Virus record (IMG/VR): IMGVR_UViG_3300023055_000116
Location: 1 to 24,109 of that record
Source of the DNA: a virus
Lineage: Duplodnaviria; Caudoviricetes
Strand: one strand, 5' to 3'
Length of the DNA stretch: 24,109 nucleotides
Below the pieces are notes generated by a model. It searched no databases. It worked only from the letters and a program-made list of their open reading frames with translations, and had not been told where the DNA came from. The position numbers were made by a program, and so were the translations under genes. This document shows positions 16,340-24,109 of this stretch, in pieces. Each line of letters opens with the position of its first letter. The stretch's first letter is position 1.

Positions 16340-16990
16340 ATGAGCCTGAGTCCCGCACGGCAGCACCGCCAGCGCGTCCAGGCTGAACAGGCCGCCCGTC
16401 AGGGCGGCAGTGTTCGCCACGCCAGCGGCTATGAGCTGATGCTGATGCAGCTCGGCGAAGACCGCCGCCGTCTCAAGGGCATTCAGTCCACCGTGAAGAA
16501 GGCCGAAATCAAGGTGGAAGTCCTGCCTAAATACGTGCCGTGGGTGGACGGCGTGCTGGCCGCCGACGGCGCGCAGCAGGACGACGTGCTGATGTACGTG
16601 ATGCTCTGGCGCGTTGATGCCGGTGACTATTCCGGGGCGCTCGCCATTGGCCGCCACGCTATCCGCCACGGCTGGTCGATGCCGCAGGGCTTTAACCGTA
16701 ACGTGCAGACGCTGCTGGCCGAGGAGATGGCCGACGCCGCCAAAAACGCCCTTGTGGCAAAAACCGACTTTGACCCCGGCCTGCTGATGCAAACGCTCGA
16801 CGTGATTGGCGATCTGGATATGCCCGATCAGTCGCGCGCCCGCCTGCACAAGTCGCTCGGCTGGGTGCTGCGCGAAAGCCAGCCCGTTGCCGCGCTGAAC
16901 CATCTGCAGCAGGCCATGCAGCTCGACGAGCGCTGCGGGGTGAAAAAAGACATTGAGCAGCTGGAGCGGAAAATCCGCAACGCCAGCTGA
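16340..16990 (+). CDS. M: Terminase endonuclease subunit gpM
   Basis: SPARQH, RRLKGIQS, QDDVLMYVMLW, DMPDQSRARLHK, GVKKDIEQLER. Confidence 0.95.
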   Translation: MSLSPARQHRQRVQAEQAARQGGSVRHASGYELMLMQLGEDRRRLKGIQSTVKKAEIKVEVLPKYVPWVDGVLAADGAQQDDVLMYVMLWRVDAGDYSGALAIGRHAIRHGWSMPQGFNRNVQTLLAEEMADAAKNALVAKTDFDPGLLMQTLDVIGDLDMPDQSRARLHKSLGWVLRESQPVAALNHLQQAMQLDERCGVKKDIEQLERKIRNAS

Positions 16991-17088
16991 TAACCGGACG
17001 TGCCCACGCGCGGGGCGGCACGGGGTGGCGACAGGCAGCGCCGCATCAAAACCCCGTCCACCGCCCACCTATTCAGGAGAAATAAGGC

Positions 17089-17553
17089 ATGCAGTTTGTA
17101 GCGTCGGAAAAGGCGACGGGAACGCCGGAAATTATCCCCAATAACTCATTCTGGCCGGACATCGATCTGGCGACGTTTCGCAGCGTGATGCGCGTTGACG
17201 GCACCGTGACGCCGCAGCGTCTGAAGCAGGTGGTGCTCACCGCGATGGCGGAAGTGAACGCCGAGCTGTACCCGTGGCGCGAACATCAGGAGCTGCGCGG
17301 CTTTAACAGCCTGGCGAATGTGCCAACGGAAGAGCTGGCCGGGCGCAGCGTGCGTCTGCATCACTATGAGAATGCGGTGTGGTGCTGGGCGCGCGCGGTG
17401 CTGAACGAGCGTTATCAGGACTTTGACGCCACCGCTGCCGCAGCGAAGCGCGGGGAAGAACTGGAAGATGCCACCGGCGATCTGTGGCGCGACGCACGCT
17501 GGGCCATCAGCCGCGTACAGAACGCGCCACACTGCACCGTTGAGCTGATCTGA
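17089..17553 (+). CDS. L: Head completion protein gpL
   Basis: FWPDID, RVDGTVTPQRL, LWRDARWAIS, VELI; AGGAG RBS. Confidence 0.94.
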   Translation: MQFVASEKATGTPEIIPNNSFWPDIDLATFRSVMRVDGTVTPQRLKQVVLTAMAEVNAELYPWREHQELRGFNSLANVPTEELAGRSVRLHHYENAVWCWARAVLNERYQDFDATAAAAKRGEELEDATGDLWRDARWAISRVQNAPHCTVELI

Positions 17554-17756
17554 TGAAGGTGCGCGCGCAGCAAAACGACACGGTAGACGAGATCTGCTGG
17601 CGTCATTACGGGCGCACGCAGGGCATGACGGAGCAGGTATTGCAGGCCAATCCGGGGCTGGCGGAGCACGGCCCCATTTTATTGCACGGGCTGGAGGTGG
17701 AGCTGCCGGACGTGACGGCGGCAGCCACCGTGCAGGCCGTCCAGCTTTGGGACTGA
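17553..17756 (+). CDS. X: Tail protein X (LysM-like)
   Basis: MKVRAQQNDTVDEICWRHYGRT, ANPGLA, VQLWD. Confidence 0.94.
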   Translation: MKVRAQQNDTVDEICWRHYGRTQGMTEQVLQANPGLAEHGPILLHGLEVELPDVTAAATVQAVQLWD

Positions 17757-17759
17757 ATC

Positions 17760-17972
17760 ATGTGGGAAAGAATCCGCGCCGGGATCGTCTGGTTTATTGC
17801 TGTCGGTATGGCATGGCTGGGCGACATGTCGCTAAAAGATGTTTCAACCGTGGCCGGGGTGTTAATCGGCCTGCTGATGGCAATTATCAGTTGGTATTAC
17901 AAACGCAAAACCTATCAGCTGCTTGCCGCCGGGCGCATCACGCGGGAGGAATATGAATCTGCAAACCGTTAA
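17760..17972 (+). CDS. Holin (HP1-family-like, two hydrophobic segments)
   Basis: Two TM stretches and basic tail ISWYYKRKTYQLL; directly before the endolysin. Confidence 0.85.
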   Translation: MWERIRAGIVWFIAVGMAWLGDMSLKDVSTVAGVLIGLLMAIISWYYKRKTYQLLAAGRITREEYESANR

Positions 17973-18468
17973 GCGCTGCACCGTTGGCGCTGTGCTGCTC
18001 ATTGTCGGTTCAATGCCGGGTTTCCAGCAGCTGCACACCTCCGTCGAGGGGCTGAAGCTGATCGCTGATTATGAGGGCTGCCGCCTGAAGCCATATCTGT
18101 GCGATGCGGGCAAGTGGACCGACGGCATTGGTAACACCGTCGGTGTGGTGCCGGGCCGGACCATCACCGAGCGGCAGGCGGCGGGGAATTTCATCACCAA
18201 CGTGTTACGCGTTGAGGCGGCACTGGCGCGCTGCGCTGCGGTTTCAATGCCACAGCCGGTCTACGACGCGCTGGTGTCGCTGGCGTTTAACGTCGGCACC
18301 GGCAACGCCTGCGGCTCAACGATGGTGGCGCTCATCAAAAAGAAGCGCTGGCGTGATGCGTGTTATCAACTGCCGCGCTGGGTGTACGTGAAAGGCGTAT
18401 TTAATCAGGGGCTGGATAACCGGCGACAGCGTGAATTGGCATGGTGCTTAAAAGGAGTAACAGCATGA
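17953..18468 (+). CDS. Endolysin (GH24 lysozyme, probable SAR type); start reassigned to ATG 17953
   Basis: GGAGG RBS; hydrophobic N-terminus; EGCRLKPYLCDAGKWTDGIGNT (E-x8-D-x5-T); FNVG; GLDNRR. Confidence 0.92.
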   Translation: MNLQTVKRCTVGAVLLIVGSMPGFQQLHTSVEGLKLIADYEGCRLKPYLCDAGKWTDGIGNTVGVVPGRTITERQAAGNFITNVLRVEAALARCAAVSMPQPVYDALVSLAFNVGTGNACGSTMVALIKKKRWRDACYQLPRWVYVKGVFNQGLDNRRQRELAWCLKGVTA

Positions 18469-18893
18469 TGCGCGCGCTGGCGGCGATAGTGCTCGTTCTG
18501 ATTGCCGCGCTTGGCGTGCAGTCGTGGCGGCTCAGTACCGCCCACAACAAAATCGACGCGCAGGTGAAGGATTTAGCCGCGCAGGGCAAAAAGCTGTCGC
18601 AGAAAAACGGCCAGCTGATTGCCCTCAACATTCTGACGCAAACCAGCAGCCGGGCGCAGACACAGCTTTTCGCCGCCGCCGAGCAGAACGGCACGCTGCT
18701 GCGTGACCGGCAGCGCACCATTGAGGAACTTAAACGTGAAAATGACGAGCTTCGCCGCTGGGCTGATGCCCCTTTGCCTGATCCTGTTATCCGGCTGCGC
18801 CAGCGACCAGTCCTCACCGGAGGTCAGTCTTACCGTGAGTGGTTGTCCGCGAATCACCCCGTGCCGCCTGGGCGGCCTGCGCCGATAAGGTAG
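18465..18893 (+). CDS. lysB: i-spanin LysB (Rz-like); last residues probably altered by a deletion
   Basis: AGGAG RBS; N-terminal TM, coiled coil, IEELKRENDELRRWADAPLPDPVIRLRQRP. Confidence 0.88.
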   Translation: MMRALAAIVLVLIAALGVQSWRLSTAHNKIDAQVKDLAAQGKKLSQKNGQLIALNILTQTSSRAQTQLFAAAEQNGTLLRDRQRTIEELKRENDELRRWADAPLPDPVIRLRQRPVLTGGQSYREWLSANHPVPPGRPAPIR

Positions 18894-18961
18894 ACACCAT
18901 CATCAGTTGTCAGGATAAAGACGATGAACAAGCCGCAGTCCTTGCGAAACGCCCTGAATAA
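18736..18961 (+). pseudogene. lysC: o-spanin LysC (Rz1-like), frameshifted by an apparent internal deletion near 18863-18871
   Basis: Lipoprotein signal and lipobox (VKMTSFAAGLMPLCLILLSGC) then CPRITPCRL, stop at 18888; the LysC-like tail AAWAACADKVDTIISCQDKDDEQAAVLAKRPE* lies in the +1 frame (18863-18961). Confidence 0.78.
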
Positions 18962-19364
18962 AGCCGTGCCCTACGTGGCCGACAACCCGGATCGCCTGCA
19001 TCTGTTCGTGGACAATGGCGCGGTGGTTGCCACCTCCGCCACGTCGATTTCATGGGAGTACCGCTACACCCTCAACGTGGTGGTGACGGACTTCACCGGC
19101 GATCAGAATCTGCTGATGGCGCCCGTTTTATTCTGGCTCGGCGTCAACCAGCCGGACGCGCTGCAGAACGCCACCGAGCGCGAGCGGCTTTTCACCTTTG
19201 AGGTGGACATACTCGGCAATGACCGCTGCGACATCAGCATGAACTTAAAGCTGACGGAGCGAGTGATTGCGAAGGAAGTTGACGGCGTGATGTCGGTTGA
19301 GGCCGTGCCGGAACCGGAAGCGCCGGATGATAGCGAAGAGGGCTGGACGGTGCGCCATGGCTGA
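18924..19364 (+). CDS. R: Tail completion protein gpR
   Basis: MNKPQSLR, NPDRLHLFVDNG, EYRYTLN, LKLTERV. Confidence 0.94.
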   Translation: MNKPQSLRNALNKAVPYVADNPDRLHLFVDNGAVVATSATSISWEYRYTLNVVVTDFTGDQNLLMAPVLFWLGVNQPDALQNATERERLFTFEVDILGNDRCDISMNLKLTERVIAKEVDGVMSVEAVPEPEAPDDSEEGWTVRHG

Positions 19365-19803
19365 ACTGCATGAAGTTGAGGCGTGGCTGGGTGCGCTGCT
19401 GTCGCAGCTCGAACCGGCGGCCAGAACAAAGATGCTGCGCGAAGTGGCGCGCGACGTGCGGCGCATTCAGCAGAATAACATCACGCTGCAGCGCAGCCCG
19501 GACGGCACAGCATGGGAACCGCGCCGCGTCACCGCCCGAACCAAACCGGGCCGCATTCGCCGCAAGATGTTTGCGAAATTGAAAACCACCAAATACCTGA
19601 AAGCGCAGGCAAACGCAGATATGGCAGAAATTGCGTTTGTGCCCGGCGTGCAGAAGCTGGTTCGCGTCCATCATTATGGCCTACGGGACCGGGTGAACCG
19701 GCGCGGCACCGAAGTGAAATACGCTGAGCGCACATTGCTGGGCATAAATAACGAGGTTGAAAGTTTTGTACATGAAACGCTATTACGCTGGCTCAAAGAA
19801 TGA
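19357..19803 (+). CDS. S: Virion morphogenesis/tail completion protein gpS (start ATG 19357)
   Basis: QRSPDGTAWEPR, KMFAKL, RVHHYGLRDRV, YAERTLLG. Confidence 0.93.
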   Translation: MAELHEVEAWLGALLSQLEPAARTKMLREVARDVRRIQQNNITLQRSPDGTAWEPRRVTARTKPGRIRRKMFAKLKTTKYLKAQANADMAEIAFVPGVQKLVRVHHYGLRDRVNRRGTEVKYAERTLLGINNEVESFVHETLLRWLKE

Positions 19804-19858
19804 GCTGGCGTAATAGTTTGTGGGTAATAAGGTGTTCATGTGAGATAATAGCGAAATA

Positions 19859-20740
19859 TTAAAACATTCTTGTTAGATTTTTATTGGGGGTCAATAGTTT
19901 AGATTTAACTATCTTATCATCTGGTATTCCGAACATGTTTAATATGCACTTAACACTGCTTGGAAAAGGCTCAGATGCATAGGGTGAAATGAAAACTTTA
20001 TGAATGAGCTTGTTAATGTCAACATCTATCAATTCAGGTATAGGCTTGGCTTCATCTAAGCTTATATATTTTTTCTTGGGGGTAAAGTATAGCCTTGCTT
20101 CGTTTTCATGCTCGAAAGCAGTCCTTTTAAGTAAAGGCCCTATATTACCATTCACTATGCAATCTTCTTTTTTGAGTTTTGGAGAGTCATAGTCGATGTA
20201 TTTTATCTCACTAAAGAAAATCGCGCTTGCTCTTGAATCAATCACTGATTCGACAAGCGATTCGGCTGTAGTCTGAATCGCTATTCCTTTATGCGAATCA
20301 GAATATAATTTCCACATAGCTTCGGATTCAAAATCATTTTGATGCCAGCAGTTAACAACGATGCAGCTCATAAGATTAAAATATACCTTTTCCATTCTTG
20401 CTGCATGGGATTCAGCATCAGCTCTTATCTTGGCAAACTCTATTGCTGCCTGGGCTTTTAATTCATCTGATAAAGGGCTATGTGATAAGGCATGCGATTT
20501 AGCTTTATCAATATTTTCTAATAACATTCCTTGAGTGTCATTGATAACTCCCGCAATTGCATCAAGAGCCGCTTTAGGTAAAAGCCCTTCAAATGGATCA
20601 CTAGATGCGTAGAATTTAACCGGAGTGAAGAATAGTTTTTTAGTATCAAGTAGGTTTATCAAACGATCTAATGTCATATAACGCCATAGTTTCTGACTTT
20701 TATCTATATTAGATGTGACATTTTCAGCCTTCATGCTCAT
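19859..20740 (-). CDS. DUF2971-like cargo protein
   Basis: LWRYM, DPFEG, NCWHQNDFESEAMWKLYS, GIAIQT, IKYIDY, KRTAFEHENEARL; AT-rich, antisense to the tail operon. Confidence 0.78.
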   Translation of the reverse strand: MSMKAENVTSNIDKSQKLWRYMTLDRLINLLDTKKLFFTPVKFYASSDPFEGLLPKAALDAIAGVINDTQGMLLENIDKAKSHALSHSPLSDELKAQAAIEFAKIRADAESHAARMEKVYFNLMSCIVVNCWHQNDFESEAMWKLYSDSHKGIAIQTTAESLVESVIDSRASAIFFSEIKYIDYDSPKLKKEDCIVNGNIGPLLKRTAFEHENEARLYFTPKKKYISLDEAKPIPELIDVDINKLIHKVFISPYASEPFPSSVKCILNMFGIPDDKIVKSKLLTPNKNLTRMF

Positions 20741-20756
20741 AGCAAACCTTTACGAG

Positions 20757-20816
20757 ATTGTGTGGTGAATAAAACAATAGCACGAGGATTCATTTAGGCA
20801 GAAAACAAAGCATGCT
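20757..20816 (+). promoter_or_regulatory. Late promoter pV with Ogr/B binding site
   Basis: ATTGT-N12-ACAAT (20757-20778) centred 55.5 bp before the V ATG; -10-like CATGCT at 20811-20816. Confidence 0.82.
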
Positions 20817-20822
20817 GAATGA

Positions 20823-21401
20823 ATGAACGACAAACTCACCGAAATCATGCGCCTTATCACCAACCTGATCCGCACCGGCACCGTGTCCGATGTAGATCCG
20901 GTCAGCTGGCTTTGCCGGGTGAAAACGGGCGACCTTGAAACAAACTGGATTAACTGGCTCACCTTACGCGCCGGGAATACCCGCACGTGGTGGCAACCCT
21001 CCATAGGCGAACAGGTTGTGCTGCTGAGCCTCGGCGGCAATCTCGAAACCGCGTTTGCGCTGCCGGCCATTTATTCCGACGCCTTCCCGCCGCCCGATTA
21101 TTCAGAGAACGGCAGCACCACCGTGTTCAAGGACGGCGGCTGGTTCCAGTACGAACCGGACACCGGCCAGCTGCTGATTAAGAACATCAAAAGCGTGCGC
21201 ATTGAGGCCGCAGACGGCATTCAGCTGATCACCGACCAGCTGGGCGTTGACGCCAGCCAGACGCTGATTAACAGCCAGACCGTGATGAACGGTGCGGTGA
21301 CGCAGGGCGGCGGCGATATGAGCTCAAACGGCGTGGTTGTTGATAAGCACAGACACGGCGGCGTGAAGTCCGGCGGCGACACGTCCGGAGGCCCGCAATG
21401 A
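20823..21401 (+). CDS. V: Baseplate spike gpV
   Basis: NLIRTGTV, WLTLRAG, PSIGEQV, C-terminal HRHGGVKSGG (HxH). Confidence 0.95.
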   Translation: MNDKLTEIMRLITNLIRTGTVSDVDPVSWLCRVKTGDLETNWINWLTLRAGNTRTWWQPSIGEQVVLLSLGGNLETAFALPAIYSDAFPPPDYSENGSTTVFKDGGWFQYEPDTGQLLIKNIKSVRIEAADGIQLITDQLGVDASQTLINSQTVMNGAVTQGGGDMSSNGVVVDKHRHGGVKSGGDTSGGPQ

Positions 21402-21754
21402 TGTATCTCGGCATGAACCGCGACACCGGTGAAGCCATCATCGACACCGAGCACATCCGCCAAAGTGTGCGCGACATTCTGATCACCCCTGAAGGCAGCC
21501 GCATCGGGCGTCGTGAATACGGCTCGCTGCTGTCGGTGCTGATTGACCAGCCGCAGAACGACGTGGTGCGCCTTCAGGTGATGGCGGCGGCGTACACGGC
21601 GCTGAGCCGCTGGGAGCCACGTATCCGCCTCAGTTCTTTGGGCATAACCAGCGCCTTTGATGGCTCCATGGTGGTTGAGCTGACAGGCCAGCGTGCCGAC
21701 GGCTCACCGCTCGCAATGTCTGTGCCTACGGGGGTAAACAGTGGCAGTAATTGA
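21398..21754 (+). CDS. W: Baseplate protein gpW (gp25-like)
   Basis: HIRQSVRDILITPEGSR..RREYGS, RWEPRI. Confidence 0.95.
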   Translation: MMYLGMNRDTGEAIIDTEHIRQSVRDILITPEGSRIGRREYGSLLSVLIDQPQNDVVRLQVMAAAYTALSRWEPRIRLSSLGITSAFDGSMVVELTGQRADGSPLAMSVPTGVNSGSN

Positions 21755-22655
21755 CCTTTCGCAGCTGCCCGCACCGGAAGTGATCGAGGTGCCGGACTTT
21801 GAAACGCTGCTGGCCGAACGTAAGGAAGCGCTGATTGCGCTCTATCCGACGGACGAACAGGCCGCCATGCGCCGCGTGCTGGCGCTGGAATCCGATCCGA
21901 TAGTGAAGTGCCTACAGGAAAGCGTGTACCGGGAAATCCTGCTGCGCCAGCGCATCAACGAGGCGGCGCAGGCGGTGATGGTGGCTTACGCGCTCGGCAG
22001 CGACCTCGACCAGCTGGCCGCGCGCAGTAACGTGCAGCGCCTGACCATCACCCCGGCCAGCCCGGACGCTGTGCCGCCGGTGGACGCGGTGATGGAATCG
22101 GACGACGCGCTGCGCGTGCGCGTGCCGGAAGCGTTTGAGGGCTTATCGGTTGCCGGTCCGACAGCGGCTTACGAGTTTCACGCCCGTAGTGCGGACGGAC
22201 GGGTGCAGGACGTGTCCGCCATCAGCCCGTCACCGGCGACGGTGCTTGTCACCGTGCTAAGCCGGGAAGGCAACGGCACGGCAGCCGCTGATTTACTGAA
22301 TACCGTGGACGCAGCGCTGAACAGCGAGAGCGTGCGCCCGGTGGCGGACCGCGTGACGGTGCAGGCTGCAACCATCAACGACTACCGCGTGCAGGCGAAG
22401 CTGCACCTGTTCGACGGCGTAGCCGCCGCGCCCTGTCTTGAGGCCGCAAACGAGAGGCTTGCCGCCTACCTTATCGAACAGAAAAAGCTGGGCCGCAGCG
22501 TGCGTCGCGAGTCTTATGGTGCGGTGCTGCGCGTGGCCGGTGTGGACTGGGTGGAAATCACCGAACCGGCTGAAGACATCATCATGGACCGCACGCAGGC
22601 GGGCAACTGCACCGGCACCGACGTAACGGTGGCGAGTGATGAGGTGGCGTCATGA
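21741..22655 (+). CDS. J: Baseplate assembly protein gpJ
   Basis: IDLSQLPAP, LRQRINEAA, GLSVAGPTAAYEFHA, VRPVADRVTV. Confidence 0.96.
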   Translation: MAVIDLSQLPAPEVIEVPDFETLLAERKEALIALYPTDEQAAMRRVLALESDPIVKCLQESVYREILLRQRINEAAQAVMVAYALGSDLDQLAARSNVQRLTITPASPDAVPPVDAVMESDDALRVRVPEAFEGLSVAGPTAAYEFHARSADGRVQDVSAISPSPATVLVTVLSREGNGTAAADLLNTVDAALNSESVRPVADRVTVQAATINDYRVQAKLHLFDGVAAAPCLEAANERLAAYLIEQKKLGRSVRRESYGAVLRVAGVDWVEITEPAEDIIMDRTQAGNCTGTDVTVASDEVAS

Positions 22656-23260
22656 GTAACAGCCTGCTGCCGCCCGGCTCATCCGCGCTTGAGCGCCGTC
22701 TGGCGCAGGCGTGCAGCGGGATTTCCGGGCTGAACGTGCCGCTGCGCGACCTGTGGAACCCTGACACCTGTCCGGTGAATTTTCTGCCCTATCTTGCCTG
22801 GGCGTTTTCGGTGGACCGCTGGGACGAGAGCTGGACGGAAAGCGTAAAGCGCAAGGTGGTGAAGGACGCGTTTTACATTCATCAGCACAAGGGCACCGTC
22901 AGCGCTATACGGCGCGTGGTGGAGCCGCTGGGCTATCTCATCCGCGTGATTGAGTGGTGGAAAACCAACGACGCGCCGGGCACGTTCCGGCTGGACGTGG
23001 GGGTGCTGGATACCGGCATCACCGAGGAAATGTATCACGAGCTGGAGCGCGTGATTGCCGACGCCAAGCCGTGCAGCCGCCATCTTACCGGGCTTTCAAT
23101 CACCCTGGACGCAAACGGCACGGTGCCGGTGGCCGTTGCCAGCTACAGCGGCGACGAGCTGACCGTTTATCCCTACACCCCTGAACTAATCAGCGTCGGC
23201 GGGCCGGTGTATTCCGGCGCGGCGGTGCATCTTATCGACCTGACGGAAGTGAGCGCATGA
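22652..23260 (+). CDS. I: Tail/baseplate protein gpI
   Basis: LLPPGSSALER, LWNPDTCP, LPYLAWAFSVDRWD, HKGT, AKPCSRHL. Confidence 0.96.
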   Translation: MSNSLLPPGSSALERRLAQACSGISGLNVPLRDLWNPDTCPVNFLPYLAWAFSVDRWDESWTESVKRKVVKDAFYIHQHKGTVSAIRRVVEPLGYLIRVIEWWKTNDAPGTFRLDVGVLDTGITEEMYHELERVIADAKPCSRHLTGLSITLDANGTVPVAVASYSGDELTVYPYTPELISVGGPVYSGAAVHLIDLTEVSA

Positions 23261-24109
23261 CGACAAAATATTTTGCCCTGCTGACCAATCAGGGCGCGGC
23301 TAAGCTTGCCAACGCTGCCGCGCTCGGCACCAAAGTGAACATCACGCAGATGGCGGTAGGCGATGGCGGCGGCGCGCTGCCCACGCCTGACCCGGCACAG
23401 ACGAAACTCATCGGCGAGAAGCGCCGCGCGTCGCTTAACTCGCTGACAATTGACGCCGCTAACGGCAGCCAGATTATTGCCGAGCAGATTATCCCCGAGG
23501 GCGAGGGCGGTTTCTGGATCCGCGAGATTGGCCTGTTTGACGCCGACGGCGTCATGATTGCCGTGGCTAACTGCGCCGAGACCTACAAGCCGCAGCTCGC
23601 CGAGGGCAGCGGGCGCACGCAGACGGTGCGCATGATTATCATCGTGAACAGCACCAGCGCGGTAACGCTGAAAATCGACCCGTCGGTGGTACTGGCGACC
23701 CGGCAGTACGTGGATGATAAAGCGATTGAGGTGCGCCAGTACGCCGACGGCCTGCTGGATGCACACATCAAGGCGGCAGACCCGCATACGCAGTACGCAC
23801 CGAAGGCCAGCCCGACGTTTACCGGCACGCCGAAAGCACCGACGGCAGCAGCGGGAAACAACTCCTCGCAGCTGGCAAATACGGCGTTTGTTCAGGCAGC
23901 CATTGCCCAGCTGGTTGCCTCTTCTCCGGAGGCGCTGGACACGCTGAACGAGCTGGCGGCTGCGCTTGGCAACGATCCGAAATTTGCCGCCACGATGACA
24001 AATCAACTGGCCGCACGGGCGCTGCTGGCCGGTAACGTGAATCAGCAGTTCTCGGCGAAAGACGCCACGCAGGACGGTCACGTGGTGAACCGGGGGCAGA
24101 TGAATACCG
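23257..24109 (+). CDS. H: Tail fibre protein gpH, N-terminal part (3'-truncated by window; absent from the ORF track)
   Basis: ATG 23257 overlaps the I stop; MTTKYFALLTNQGAAKLANA..MAVGDGGG, GGFWIREIGLFD, YKPQLAEGSGR, DPHTQYAPKASPTFTGTP, LDTLNELAAALGNDP. Confidence 0.94.
   Translation, partial: MTTKYFALLTNQGAAKLANAAALGTKVNITQMAVGDGGGALPTPDPAQTKLIGEKRRASLNSLTIDAANGSQIIAEQIIPEGEGGFWIREIGLFDADGVMIAVANCAETYKPQLAEGSGRTQTVRMIIIVNSTSAVTLKIDPSVVLATRQYVDDKAIEVRQYADGLLDAHIKAADPHTQYAPKASPTFTGTPKAPTAAAGNNSSQLANTAFVQAAIAQLVASSPEALDTLNELAAALGNDPKFAATMTNQLAARALLAGNVNQQFSAKDATQDGHVVNRGQMNT

Larger units (their letters stand above)
336..24109. mobile_element. P2/186-like prophage (continues beyond the right edge of the window)
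   Basis: att core, integrase, CI/Apl/CII, gene A, cos and Q-P-O-N-M-L-X-lysis-R-S-V-W-J-I-H in canonical P2-family order. Confidence 0.97.

Noticed and set aside
16337-17068. 243-aa minus-strand ORF and similar antisense ORFs over A, P, O, N, L, R and S
   Set aside because: Shadow frames of well-supported GC-rich phage genes
16991-17088. GC-rich M-L intergenic region with pairing potential
   Set aside because: A similar spacer is usual in P2-family head operons and no specific structure could be supported by eye
23173-24081. 302-aa minus-strand ORF
   Set aside because: Antisense shadow of the GC-rich tail fibre gene H; no recognisable motifs

Overview
Left ~24 kb of an integrated P2/186-family (Peduovirus-like) prophage in an enterobacterial genome. 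From left to right: the 3' end of an MgtC-family gene; a 47-bp duplicated 3' half of tRNA-Ile2(CAU) serving as the att core; int-cI / apl-cII switch; early genes; rolling-circle replication gene A with its internal ori; a LexA-boxed tum-like locus; cos; then head (Q,P,O,N,M,L), X, lysis, tail and baseplate genes (R,S,V,W,J,I) and the start of tail fibre H, which runs off the window. Three AT-rich cargo loci interrupt the GC-rich backbone. (1) A stand-alone TIR-domain gene lies between att and int. (2) A six-gene cassette sits in the cos-portal hotspot: GNAT acetyltransferase, PUA/EVE-like protein, ASCH, an inverted NMP-kinase-like P-loop protein, a second ASCH, and a membrane-anchored putative AbiC-like protein. 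This is the best candidate for an uncharacterised nucleotide/RNA-acetylation-based defence system. (3) A DUF2971-like gene lies between S and V. Other points: the o-spanin lysC appears broken by an internal deletion, the att core has phage-type arms on both sides, and both P and V show leaderless late-promoter geometry. All family calls come from motif recognition by eye, not from database searches.
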